A DNA stretch of 64,000 nucleotides from Octopus sinensis. Its lineage: Eukaryota. Position 1 is the first letter of the stretch, and each line of letters starts with the position of its first letter. This document shows positions 15,124 to 26,959 of the stretch, piece by piece. Below the pieces are notes generated by a model. It was given only the letters and a program-made list of their open reading frames with translations, was not told the origin of the DNA and did not search any database. A program made the position numbers and the translations under genes. The DNA lies in contig NC_042997.1 of assembly GCF_006345805.1 (NCBI RefSeq), forward strand, positions 110,174,001-110,238,000, written 5' to 3'.

Positions 15124-15937
15124 CAGGGCTTGAACAAAATAAAGGAAATACCTTAAAATTTCAAATTTATTTTAATATGGGGTAGGACCGTCTTTGGCAG
15201 TAATTCCAGCTTGAATTGTACGAGGTATGAACTCGTCCATTCTTCGTCCATTCTTCAGCTAAAACAGTCTCCAGTTCTTGAAGTGATGATGGTGGAAGAT
15301 ATCGACTCCTTACTTGTTTTTCCAAAATGCACCATAAATGTTCAATAATATTGAGATCTGGGGACTGTGGTGGCCAGATAAGATGTTCAACTTCACTGAT
15401 TACAGCCCTCCTGTGAAATCCGGCTTTGTGCATCTCCCGGCGAACAATTTTTCTGGAAACTGTGTTCCCGAAGTGGTCATTAAGCTCTGCAGTAATTTTG
15501 GGAGCTGTACTTTTGTGATCCTTTCTAACAATTCGCGTAAGAGTCTGACGGTCCCTATCAGAAAGTTTTGGTTTTCTTCCGGAGTTTTGTTTCGACGAGG
15601 AGGTTTTTTCCCCTCTGTCTGGAAGGCTGACATTAATTTCGAGACAGTACTTCTTGATACATCAAACATTTCGGCTGTTTTCATTACGCTAGCGCCTGCC
15701 ATATGAGCTCCTACAATTTGACTTCTTTGAAAGTCCGATAGATCTGTCATTTTAATGAATTTCAATTACCGTTTTCTGATGATATCTGAAGAAAATAGCA
15801 ATTTGATCAAAACGTATTAAACAACAATAATAATAAATAAAAAACATAAAAATAAATAAGCTTTTGACGGTTTTATAGATATCTCAAAATTATGATGTTT
15901 TGATGCTAGGTGTTTCCATTATTTTGTCCAACTTCTG
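15124..15937 (-). mobile_element. Internally deleted Tc1-like DNA transposon
   Basis: About 29-bp TIRs (cagggcttgaacaaaataaaggaaatacc / ggtgtttccattattttgtccaacttctg), TA on the left side. The N-terminal HTH (MTDLSDFQRSQIVGAHMAGASV..SRSTVSK) is joined to the C-terminal WPPQSPDLNIIEHLW; the middle of the catalytic domain is missing. Confidence 0.9.
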
Positions 15938-16040
15938 CATATGTATGTTTGAATGAATATATACGTGACCCTTTATGTATTTCTCTATCAATGTCTTTCT
16001 TTCTCTTTCTCTTTCTCTCTCTCTCTCTCCCTCCCCTCCC

Positions 16041-16071
<31 letters not shown>

Positions 16072-16089
16072 GCACACGTACATATTCTT

Positions 16090-16307
16090 TTATTCTTTTA
16101 TTTGTTTTAGTCATTTGACTGCGGCCATGCTGGTTCATTGCCTTTAGTCGAACAAATCGACCCCAGGCCTTATTCTTTGTGAGCCAACTACTTATCCTAT
16201 CGGTTTCTTTTGCCGAGCCGCTAAGTTTCGGGCACATAAACACACCAATATCGGTTGTCAGGAGATGATAGTTGGAGAAACACAAGCACACAAATATACA
16301 TACACAA

Positions 16308-16371
<64 letters not shown>

Positions 16372-16530
16372 GACGGGCTTCTTTCAGTTTCCGTATACCA
16401 AATCCACTCACAAGGCATTAGTCAGCCCGAGGATATAGTAGAAAACACTTGCTCAAGGTTCCACACAGTGGATTGAACCCCGGATCCGTTTGGCTGGTAA
16501 ACAAGCTTCTTACCACACAGCCACGCCTAT
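16090..16530 (-). mobile_element. SINE family B, complete, with internal (TA)n expansion
   Basis: 3' arm at 16090-16290, (TA)n at 16310-16370 and head at 16370-16530, collinear with the 2340 and 36430 copies. Confidence 0.85.
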
Positions 16531-16773
16531 ATATATATATATATAATATATATATATATAAGACTGACGTAAATGTTTTAGCTATGGCCTATAAACACAG
16601 CATATGGTGTGCCCCATGCTAGTCCACTTGCAAATAAACTTGTTGACACAATGACAGAGAAATTCTGAGAGAGAATAAACGCCAAAATATATTGCACATC
16701 GGTAGCGAGGTATTTGTGAGTTGCATTTAGTTATTCAACCGACTGCCTATATGTCATACGCCTGCTCGATCAC

Positions 16774-16827
<54 letters not shown>

Positions 16828-16880
16828 TATATGCATATGTATATATATATGTATATACACTATATTTATATATATATATA

Positions 16881-16933
<53 letters not shown>

Positions 16934-17074
16934 TATATTATATATATATATATATATATACATATACATGTACATATACATATATATCTATATATATATA
17001 TATTCTTTACTCAGTTTCAGCTCAAAGCTGCGGCTATGCTGGGGCACCGCCGTTTTGCTACACTCTTATTTTTG

Positions 17075-17300
17075 AGAGCCTCCTCTGATAGGTGGCATCT
17101 GCTGAATAAGGGAGTTTGAGGCCACTGCCCTCATCACGCTTCCTGCCGTGAGGTAGGTTCATCAGGGACTGTCGACAGGAAGATATCGAGTTTTGCTTCG
17201 AAAACACCTACATCCGCTTTGTGTAGGTTCCTCAGGCTCTTTGGGAGAATATTAAAAAGCTGTGGGCCTTTGAAACCCAGGCTGTTGCAGTAAATGGTCC
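17075..17300 (-). mobile_element. CR1/L2-like LINE 3' fragment
   Basis: Minus-strand translation resembles a CR1/L2 ORF2 C-terminus (..RAVASNSLIQQ); frameshifted and short. Confidence 0.45.
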
Positions 17301-17319
17301 TGAATCACGACCTTTGGCA

Positions 17320-17480
17320 CTATGAGGCACCCATTTTCCAAGTTTAGGAACCTTTCCAAGTTGTTGAAGATGACGATGAACAGTTGTATGGTTTGAACTA
17401 AGCTTTATTGCCAATTCTTCAACAGATAATGCAGGATTTTCTTATCAAACTCAACTGGTCGTCCTGTTCAAACTTCATCT
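17320..17480 (-). pseudogene. Mariner transposase fragment
   Basis: GRPVEFD...LAIKLSSNHTTVHRHLQQLGKVPKLGKWVPH; the WVPH motif is typical of mariner transposases. Confidence 0.8.
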
Positions 17481-17489
17481 TCATATATA

Positions 17490-17800
17490 GTGGAGGCACA
17501 TGGCCTAGTGGTTAGAGAAGCGGACTCGTAGTTGAGGGATCACGGGTTCGAATCTCAGACCAGGCGATGTGTGTGTGCTTATGAGCGAAAACACCAAGGC
17601 TCCATGGCGACTCCGGCAGAAGGTAATGGCGAACTTCTGCCTTTCCTTTCGCTACAACTTCCTCTCACTCTTTCCTCCTGCATCTTGTAGCTCCCTTGCG
17701 ACGGACCAGAGTCCCGTTCAAGTGGGGATCCTATACGCCAATGAAACCGGGAAACCGTCCCTTATGAGCCAGGAATGGCGCAAGAAGGAACAAATAAGAA
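17490..17800 (+). mobile_element. tRNA-head SINE, family D
   Basis: A-box-like tggcctagtggttagag, B-box-like gggttcgaatctc, tail gaaaccgggaaaccgtcccttatgagcc and an A-rich end. Confidence 0.7.
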
Positions 17801-17819
17801 CAACAATATGTATATATAT

Positions 17820-18225
17820 TATTTTTCTTTTATTCTTTTACTTGTTTCAATCATTTGACTGCGGTCATGCTGGAGCACCACCTTTTAGTCGAAGAAATCG
17901 ACCTCAGGACTTATTGTTAGTAAGCCCGGTACTTATTCTATCGGTTCCTTTACCTGAACCGCTAAGTTACGTGGACGTAAACACACCAACACCAGTTGTC
18001 AAGCGATGATGGGGTGGGGTGGACAAACACTGACATAAAGACATACACATAAATATGCACAGATATACGACGGGCTTCTTTCAGTTTCTGTTTACCAAAT
18101 CCACCCACAAGGCTTTGGTCGGCCAGAGGTTATAGCAGAAAACACTTGTCCAAGGTGCCATGTAGTGGGACTGAACCCGAAACCCTGTGGTCGGGAAGCA
18201 AGCTCCTTACCACGAAGCCATGCCA
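17820..18225 (-). mobile_element. SINE family B
   Basis: Both arms present, collinear with the other family B copies. Confidence 0.85.
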
Positions 18226-18261
18226 TAGATATATATGTATATATATATACATACACGTACG

Positions 18262-18306
<45 letters not shown>

Positions 18307-18339
18307 CTGTTGCCTGTACTTGTTAAATATTCTTTTCTA

Positions 18340-18535
18340 CTCTAGGCACTTGGGGAGGAGAGGGGGCCAGTCGATTAGGTCGACCCCAGTATGGAATTGT
18401 ACTTAATTTATGGACCCCGAAATGATGAAAGGCAAAGTCCACCTCGGCGGAATTTGAACTCAGAACGTAAAAACAGACGAAATACCGCTAAGCATTTCGT
18501 CCAGCGTGCTAACGATTCAGCCTGCTCACCGCCTT
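18340..18535 (-). mobile_element. SINE family A
   Basis: Reverse complement runs ggcggtgagcaggctgaatcgttagcacgctggacgaaatgcttagcggtatttcgtctg through the central box to the tail. Confidence 0.85.
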
Positions 18536-19884
18536 TGTACTTGTTCAATATTGCATCTGATAGAATCTTCTGAATTTATCTCAAGCACTTGACGTTAACC
18601 CTGCATCTCTGCCTGGGTTAAAACCGTTATACTTATGTGATACATAGGCATTACAACAGTATTACATTTTCATTTGTTCTCTATTAGCATTGGAGGAATT
18701 AATCTCAATCGTTCTCGAGCAGTTTATGCCATTGTAAAGAGATGTTCTTTTTATCCAAGTCTAAGAATCCACTTATCAAAAATTACTTCGTTTTCCATAC
18801 GAAATATAAACGCAGGATGTGATCGGTTACATCATATGTGTGAGTGACTATGTGAATGAAGGAGTGTCTATGTGTATAAGTGTGCAAGTGTGTATGTGTG
18901 TTTGTGTTTGTGTGCTAATATGTGAACGTGTAGGTTTGTGTGAACGCAAGGATATTAAAATGTGTTCATGTGATTGTATCTCTGTAAAATACCAATGTGG
19001 CGTCAATAATTGGTTTAATTTTAAATAGTCACAAAATCCATAGATTTCAAAAGTTGGGTGGATTCCACCGTTGAGAACTTCATTAACTTCCGACATCATT
19101 GCATCGACTATTGTGCTTTTTATCTTATTTTTTTTCTTGTTGCTAAATATCATTATTTTGGTTTTAGCATCAGAAAATGCTGTTCTATGTCTGATAGTTC
19201 TTACAAGACATGTTGTTGGACTTCTAAGTCCTTTATTTTCTCCAAAATCAATATCAATGGTAAACCAGACATGTTGACTTCTCTTTGCTTTCTACAGGAA
19301 CATTCCCTTCAAAAGACTTAAGGATTCCATCATTATGTGTTCTAAAATCATGTTGAAAACTTTTAATGCAACAATATTTGCGATGTGATGTCAATTACAA
19401 TCGACGTAACTGAGTAAAAAAGACGAATCACGTAATAGCAATGCCAAGAGACCGTTTCTTTTCTCTGGGCTGTACACCAAAGAAGGTTCTGTTTTTTATT
19501 GAAGAATCACACACACGCACGCATACGCACACATACAGACACACACACAGACACATACATACACACAGACACACCCACAGACAGACAGACAAACACACCT
19601 ACACACCCACCCACAGACTCATACAGACACACACGCGCTCGCACACACAGACACACCCACAGACAGACAAACAGACAGACTGACAGACACACAGACACAT
19701 ACAGACACACACAGACACATACACACAGACACACACACACAGACACACACATACAGACACACACACAGACACATACAGACACACACACAGATACACAGAC
19801 ACACACACACTCACTCACCAACAGCCAGCCAGCCAAACAGACAAACACACCCACAGACAGACAGACAGACACACACACACAGAC

Positions 19885-20400
19885 ACGCCGCCCTTCGACC
19901 AATTTCCACAGGGACATCCTTGTTTGTAATTTTCCGTACGAATCGTTAAAGATCTCCGATCGATTGCAGATCATAATGCCGACAACCGTTGTTACCAAAC
20001 AGAATCAATGGAAAGCACACAACCGCATGGGTGACTGGAGTAGCCTCTACTGCCACTGCCCGTGCTGCTCTTGAACATATGCTACGTGTTGCTCCGGGGA
20101 ACGCATGGAGATGGTGATGTGTCATCGTGACAAGAGCCCTGGTTGTCAAAACACTGGTCAATCACCAGACCCAGTAGTCAGGGTCCACACTGAATGAATG
20201 TAAAGAGATATATCAAGAGGTAACGGTGAGCAAAACGTCAGCAGCCTTCTTCCAACAGAAGAAGGCACTTTGCGATTCTAATCTGCCGGAATTTGTCTTG
20301 AAGTCGACCGCCACAGCTTCTTTTTGTCTCAGGCTGAATTTCCCTTCACCTCGACATTTTTTTTTTGTATGGGCTACCACCCCTCCCGCCACAATTTAGA
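19885..20400 (-). pseudogene. Possible decayed Tx1-like ORF1 fragment
   Basis: Translation ends KLVEGRR, like VVVEGRRPRC just before the zinc knuckle of the 59.6-kb ORF1, then breaks into (CA/GA)n. Multiple frameshifts. Confidence 0.35.
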
Positions 20401-20603
20401 AGATGAATGCAGATAGATCGCTCTTAGCACGGCTATAAAGCCCTTCCAAGCTGTCTTTTTGTTACAAATGCTCACATTCACACTGACAGACAGATGCACT
20501 CGCACACATATATGTATACATGTGCATTTATACACATATGTCATATATACAGGCGCAGAAGTGGCTGTGTATGTATGTATATATATATATATATGTGTGT
20601 GTG

Positions 20604-20681
<78 letters not shown>

Positions 20682-20852
20682 ATAAGTAATACTAAGCAAT
20701 AAAGGGTTTAGCAACGAATTGCCTTACCACATACCGAATTTAGAAATAGCAGTCAAAGAGTTATAGCTATTTCTTCTACTAAAAAGGGTGAGTTGAGTTG
20801 GTGCCTTCTAGTATCTCAAAATTCAATATATAATCATTTATGATTATAGTAT

Positions 20853-20952
20853 TCTACGCTGAAGAGAAAAGAAGTTTTGGTAAGGTAGAATTATTTAATA
20901 TTTAATTCTTATGCTTTCCTAAAAACTTGATTTCGAAACGTGCGTCCGTAGA
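20853..20952 (+). ncRNA. Type I hammerhead ribozyme motif, copy 1
   Basis: Stem I TCTACG (20853-58)/CGTAGA (20947-52); core CTGAAGA (20859-65); long stem II hairpin closed by GAAA/TTTC; GAAA at 20935-38; stem III AC-[GTGC]-GT; GUC triplet with predicted cut after 20946. Confidence 0.8.
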
Positions 20953-21444
20953 TAACTTAAAATTGTATGATAGATTGCCGTCAATTCATTCTCTCTTACC
21001 TGTTTGTGTCTGCCTTCCAATTGCTGTTTTTACTGAGATCTCCCTTTTTAGTAGAAGAAATAGCTATAACTCTTTGACTGCTATTTCTAAATTCGGTATG
21101 TGGTAAGGCAATTCGTTGCTAAACCTTTATTGCTTAGTATTACTTAAATTTTCCTCGAATGAGGCTTTTACATGCCGAAGACTACTTGGTGTAATTGATA
21201 ATTATTCCAAATTAATTAATTTCACCCTTCATTATTACGGATAACCATATTTTATCTCAGTAGATGACCACAGCATCTTGTTTTGGCTATACGCGGGTGG
21301 GAAGGGGCTGGTGACACAATCTTTTCATTCACACTTTGAATTTGGGGATACTAGTTGCGGATTCTAGCTCGCTCTGATACTGAGTTGAGTTGGTGCCTTC
21401 TAGTATCTCAAAATTCAATATATAATCATTTATGATTATAGTAT

Positions 21445-21543
21445 TCTACGCTGAAGAGAAAAGAAGTTTTGGTAAGGTAGAATTATTAATATTTAATTCT
21501 TATGCTTTCCTAAAAACTTGATTTCGAAACGTGCGTCCGTAGA
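21445..21543 (+). ncRNA. Type I hammerhead ribozyme motif, copy 2
   Basis: Same elements as copy 1: TCTACG 21445-50, CTGAAGA 21451-57, GAAA 21526-29, GTC 21535-37, CGTAGA 21538-43. Confidence 0.8.
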
Positions 21544-21850
21544 TAACTTAAAATGTATGATAGATTGCCGTCAATTCATTCTCTCTTACCTGTTTGTGTC
21601 TGCCTTCCAATTGCTGTTTTTACTGAGATCTCCCTTTTTAGTAGAAGAAATAGCTATAACTCTTTGACTGCTATTTCTAAATTCAGTATGTGGTAAGGCA
21701 ATTCGTTGCTAAACCCTTTATTGCTTAGTATTACTTAAATTTTCCTCGAATGAGGCTTTTACATGCCGAAGACTACTTGGTGTAATTGATAATTATTCCA
21801 AATTAATTAATTTCACCCTTCATTATTACGGATAACTATATATATATATA

Positions 21851-22809
21851 TTTATATTATATTGAGGGTACTACTATTCGTAGATACCAACACGCTAAGA
21901 GGGACCAATGCGGTCAAAACTACTAAAAATAAACAAAATTTTACCGAATGCAAAACTTCAAAACACATCATTCAAAAAAAAATTCAGTTACATATCACAT
22001 ATGATTTTGAATTTAATGCAGAATATGCATTTCATGTTCATCAGTGCAACAAACTCAAGAAATATAAGAGAAAAACATAACATTACAAGCTCGATAGCCA
22101 ACCGTAGAATTCGTCGTAGCATGTACGAATGTTTATCTTTACATATCTATGAAAATGGCGGGCTTATTCGCAATGCATTTCGGTAACAAATTGTCTAGTC
22201 GGAATAAAAATTCAGTATTGAACTATTCCGGTGAAAAATATAAATTAACAATTGAGGATAAAATCTTTAAAAGAAATTATCAGTAGTCAGCGTGAAAAAC
22301 CTCAATTGTTAATTTATATTTTTCACCGGAATAGTTCAATACTGAATTTTTATTCCGACTAGACAATTTGTTACCGAAATGCATTGCGAATAAGCCCGCC
22401 ATTTTCATAGATATGTAAGATAAACATTCGTACATGCTACGACGAATTCTACGGTTGGCTATCGAGCTTGTAATGTTATGTTTTTCTCTTATATTTCTTG
22501 AGTTTGTTGCACTGATGAACATGAAATGCATATTCTGCATTAAATGCGAAATCACATGTGATATGTAACTGAATTCTTTTTTAAAATGATGTGTTTTGAA
22601 GTTTTGCATTCGGTAAAATTTTGTTTATTTTTAGTAGTTTTGACCGCATTGGTCCCTCTTAGCGTGTTGGTATCTACGAATAGTAGTACCCGCAATTTAA
22701 TATAAATGAATATTTTCAAAGAGGAAGAATTTACGGATTTTTTCTCTTACGAGGTTTTTCACGCTGACTACTGATAATTTCTTTTAAAGATTTTATCCTC
22801 AATTGTTAA
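21851..22809. repeat. Long near-perfect palindrome (about 407-bp arms, 42-nt spacer) plus an inverted copy of the spacer
   Basis: 21851-22257 is the reverse complement of 22300-22706 with few differences. 22751-22809 is the reverse complement of the spacer and adjacent arm end. Confidence 0.95.
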
Positions 22810-22957
22810 AATATATATATATATATATATTCTTTTACTTGTTTCAGTCATTTGACTGCGGCCATGCTGGAGCACCGCCTTTAGTTGGAAAAATCGACCC
22901 CAGGATCTCTTCTTTGTAAGCATAGTACTTATTCTATTGGCCTCTTTTGCCGAACCG

Positions 22958-24125
22958 GGGTGGGGAAATTTGAGGCTCCTGTGTGTTTATGTTTGTGTTT
23001 ATGGCAGGCGTGTATGTAGAGGGTCGGTGTCTGTAGGGGGGTAGAGTGGATGTGGGTGGGAGCCGGGTGAATGTGAGTTAGGGGTCGGCCTTGCCACGTA
23101 TGTCCCCTTTCTCCTCTGCCTCCTCTTTTTTCCCGCCGTTTCCCAGCTGGTGTTTACCGCCTCTTCCTCGACGCTAGTACTGGTCTTTGCCTGTGGTATC
23201 GCTTCAGTCTCCTTTCACGTGATTCTTCTCAGCCTCCACGGGCAGTGGAGTACCAACCACTTTCTCACTCTCTTACCTTTCTTTAGTCTTCGCTGGCTGG
23301 TGGAGTACAATCCGCTCTAATGTAGCCTTTCAGGCCACATTTATAGCACCGCCGAATCCTCCCTTCCACTCTGACTTCCAGCGTTACGTCTTCGACGGCG
23401 ATTGTTTCCACCATACACTCAATATCTTCTGGGTTAATCTGTGCCACCAGTTTCTGTAGGGTGTTCTGGTGGACTGCAGGACCACCACCTTTTCTTCCAT
23501 GTCTAGCAGTATGGCAGCCACCAGCCAGCTACATTTACTTCCGGGGGTATGTCTTCTACCCTAACCATGGAAGAACGTCCCCCAAGGCATACAGGTAAAA
23601 GCACCACTTCTTCAGTTTTTAATGGTGTGGCTGAGTGCAATCTGGCGGTAGTTATCTCCCGAAATTGCACTCCCACCGTCCCGCACTTTCTTCCTCCTGG
23701 CAAGGTAGGATATCTCTTGCCAGACTGGCCTCAATGCCTTTTCAACTTGTGCTTCCGACACCACTTCTATTTTTCTTGTTGCCCCCACGTATGTCCTGTA
23801 AACAATCACTCTCTCTTCCTTATCCTTTAACACTTCTTTGGGGAGGGGGACCCTTTCACGTCGTTCCCCTAACTTTTAAATATTTCTTTGAACTTGCTCA
23901 GCTCTATCAGACTTATGTCTTCAATTTTTCCCTTTGACGCTGCAGCGTAATTCCTTGTTTCTATTGCTGCGTCAGTCTTGTTCAAACATTTCACCGTTTC
24001 TTCCTCAGACGATACAAATTCTGAAGAATAATTTAAATCCTCACAACTCGTCACACGATGCCCTTCACATCATAAGGAGAAAAACATCGCACAGCCAAAA
24101 TACACGTCCGTCTCGCTTAAAACTA
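22958..24125 (-). mobile_element. 5' part (5' UTR plus ORF1) of a second Tx1-like LINE subfamily, decayed
   Basis: RNYAAASKGK; EVVLLPVCLGGRSSMVRVEDIP (compare LSYLGQKVTKVIISGVP at 59.4 kb); VRVEGRIRRCYKCGLKGYIRADC zinc knuckle with H to Y change at about 23310-23375. Confidence 0.75.
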
Positions 24126-24230
24126 ACAAACCAAATGAATCCTGGGTAACCGGAGGCAAGCTTCTTACCACACAGACACTTCTGCGCCTATATATATGAT
24201 ATATATGATGATGATGATAATATACATACA

Positions 24231-24266
<36 letters not shown>

Positions 24267-24276
24267 TATAATATAT

Positions 24277-24322
<46 letters not shown>

Positions 24323-24664
24323 CAAAATAAGGAAATGGAGAAATACATCTTAATCAATAATCAGCTACCAGATAATGCCCAATCACATAATTTATTAAAC
24401 CACTACATAAGAACATTAAGGTCAAACATAATAATATAGTACAAAACATTGTACATCAATGAGTAATAAGATACAATAAGTACAATATGTATAAGTGAAT
24501 ATAAATAAATACAAATATAAATATATACTACATCTATACTACATGGTTAATTGCATCGCAATTCTTAACATTTATGTATTAGCTTTGTTGGGTGCTTTAC
24601 TAGCAGTATATTGGATACATGTTATCCCATGGTGGGTTGCACTCACAACCCCTATCTCAATTTG

Positions 24665-24700
<36 letters not shown>

Positions 24701-24703
<3 letters not shown>

Positions 24704-26330
24704 TTACGGCCAAAATGTTCAGGACGGCATTGTTTTCGTCAGAAAAGTAGGTATAAGTTTTTATCAAAATTGTTTTAGATTCTATAATTTTCACAGACAA
24801 TAAATACGATATTATTTGGTATTGTCTGAGATTTTGGTGTAATTTGAGAGGATAATACAAAAGTTATGGATGATTTAGTGATTTACTGCAAAACCATGGC
24901 GGCCAAAATGATCAGAACGGTTGCTTTTACTTCATGTTTTAGTATATTTAACCGGCGAACTCTAATGTTTTGAATTTGTTTACGTGACAGTTCGTTTGCT
25001 AAACATTAGTAAGAATATCTGCAGTGTACTTTGTTAATATAATGCCACTTACTCCGTTACCAATTCGTCAGCAGATTATTAAGCTTCGAAAGAAGGATAA
25101 TTTAAGTATTAGGTCTATTGCAAATATTGTTAACAAGTCAAAAAGTGTTGTTCACGGTATTCTTAAGGTCTACGGTGATTGTGGTTTGTGTGAAGCAAGA
25201 AAGTTTACAGGTAGGCCAAGAAAAACGACCAAGAGAGAAGATCGTGCTATGGTAAAGTTAGTTAAAAAGGACAGATTTAAAACTGCTGCTGCTGTTTTTC
25301 GGGAAATGAGCATTGTACTGAAGAAAACTTTATCTCGAAAAACTGTGTCTCGTCCTTTAGTTGAACATGACCTACAAGCAAGAGCACCTGCAGTGAAGCC
25401 ACTGATCAGCTCCAAGAATAAAAAGTGTCGTCTTACTTTTGCAACCGAACATGTGTTGTGGTCTCAAGAAAAATGGCAAACAGTGCATTTCAGTGATGAA
25501 TCTAAGTCTATGTTATTTGGCTAAGATGGGAAAAGGTACGTTCGTCGAAAAGCAGGTGAAAAATTGTCACCTAAATGCCTTAAGACTAGTGTTAAATTCG
25601 ATGGAGGAAGTGTCATGGTTTGGAGGATGATATCTGGAGATGTTGTGGGCCCTTTGGTGCGATTACATGGAAAGGTAAATGCAGGAGTTTATAAACAACT
25701 TGTAAAAGATCATGTCTTGCCTGTGCTGAGAAATTCAACTAAGCGACCACCCATATTCATGCAGGACAATGCCCCATGTCAAAAGGCTAAGGTGGTCATG
25801 AACTTCCTCAAGGCTGAAAAGGTTATTGTTATGGATTGGCCTGCTCAAAGCCCAGACCTCAATCCTATTGAAAATGTGTGGAATATTCTAGGAGAACGTT
25901 TGAAAGCCAGAAATCCTAAAACAACCGAGCAATTATGGAATGCCCTTCAGGAAGAATGGAATAAGATCACCCAGCAAGAAATTGAAAATTTAAGTTCCCC
26001 ATGCAGTCAAAAATGTCAAACTTTGATTGAAGCTAAAGGGTTTCACACTAAATATGAAATAATTCCAGTATTCTCTGTCACTTTTTGATTATTTTGTTAT
26101 TTTTTCAACCGTTCTGATCATTTTGGCCACCATGGGTTTTGCCGTAAATCACTATATCATTCATAACTTTTGTATTATCCACTCAAATTACACCAAAATC
26201 TCAGACAATACCAATTAGTATTGTATTTATTGTCTGTGAAAATTATAGAGTATAATAAAAACTTTAATAAAAACTTATACCTACTTTTCTGACGAAAACA
26301 ATGCCGTTCTGAACATTTTGGCCGCAACTG
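24701..26330 (+). mobile_element. Full-length Tc1 (IR/DR-type) DNA transposon, 1630 bp, in a (TA)n tract
   Basis: About 230-bp TIRs starting cagttacggcc/ggccgcaactg, with internal direct repeats ggccaaaatg(t/a)tcag(g/a)acgg. TA on both flanks. Confidence 0.95.
25042..26088 (+). pseudogene. Tc1 DD34E transposase with one premature stop
   Basis: HTH, GRPRK, FSDES, QDNAP then 34 residues to SPDLNPIE. ORFs 25024 and 25564 are in the same frame, separated by TAA at 25522-24. GFHTKY is followed by GAA rather than the usual stop. Confidence 0.92.
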
Positions 26331-26913
26331 TATATATATATATACTTTATTACGATAAATGTAAACAAACCAATGTTTGCCAATGTATGCATATATACCT
26401 TTATTAAATTTTAGCAGGTGCTACAGAGTGACTCAAGGACCAAGAGTTTCGTGCTTCAACACTTATTAAGCTGATTAGTGCTAAGGCACGATGCTCTCGG
26501 CCCTTGAGTCACTCTGTTGCTTCCGCTAAATATTAATAAAAATATACATATATTCACATTTGGAGTTCTATTTTTCCTGTTTGCATCACCAAACCTCCCC
26601 GTCTCTCCCCCTCCTCTCTCTCCCTTTCTCTCTTAATACACACTCACATATGTATGTATATGCATGTATGTGTGTGTGTGTGTGCGTGTGTGTGTGTTCA
26701 TATTAACAGAAGCGTATATTTTTGCGTGAAACTTTCTATATTTGTGACACTTGTAAGACAGACTCCAGTAAACAACTCTTGGTATTGTTGCTGCAGTCGT
26801 CAACAGCCTGCAGACTTCGACACGATTTAATTTTTTTTTTCTGAATGTATTATAAGATTTGAAAAACAAACTATGATCACGTATATAATCATAAAATAAT
26901 AATAATAATAATA

Positions 26914-26949
<36 letters not shown>

Positions 26950-26959
<10 letters not shown>

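Larger units (their letters stand above)
20684..21836 (+). mobile_element. Retrozyme / Penelope pseudo-LTR-like element: tandem HHR-bearing repeats with a 5' inverted segment
   Basis: Direct repeats at 20789-21245 and 21381-21836 with only a few differences. 20684-20788 is the reverse complement of 21042-21145. (TA)n lies on both flanks, and each repeat holds a hammerhead core. Confidence 0.8.

Noticed and set aside
17490-17570. tRNA genes at SINE heads (also 36430, 37581, 55396)
   Set aside because: Only A/B-box-like remnants with no full cloverleaf, and each continues into a SINE body.
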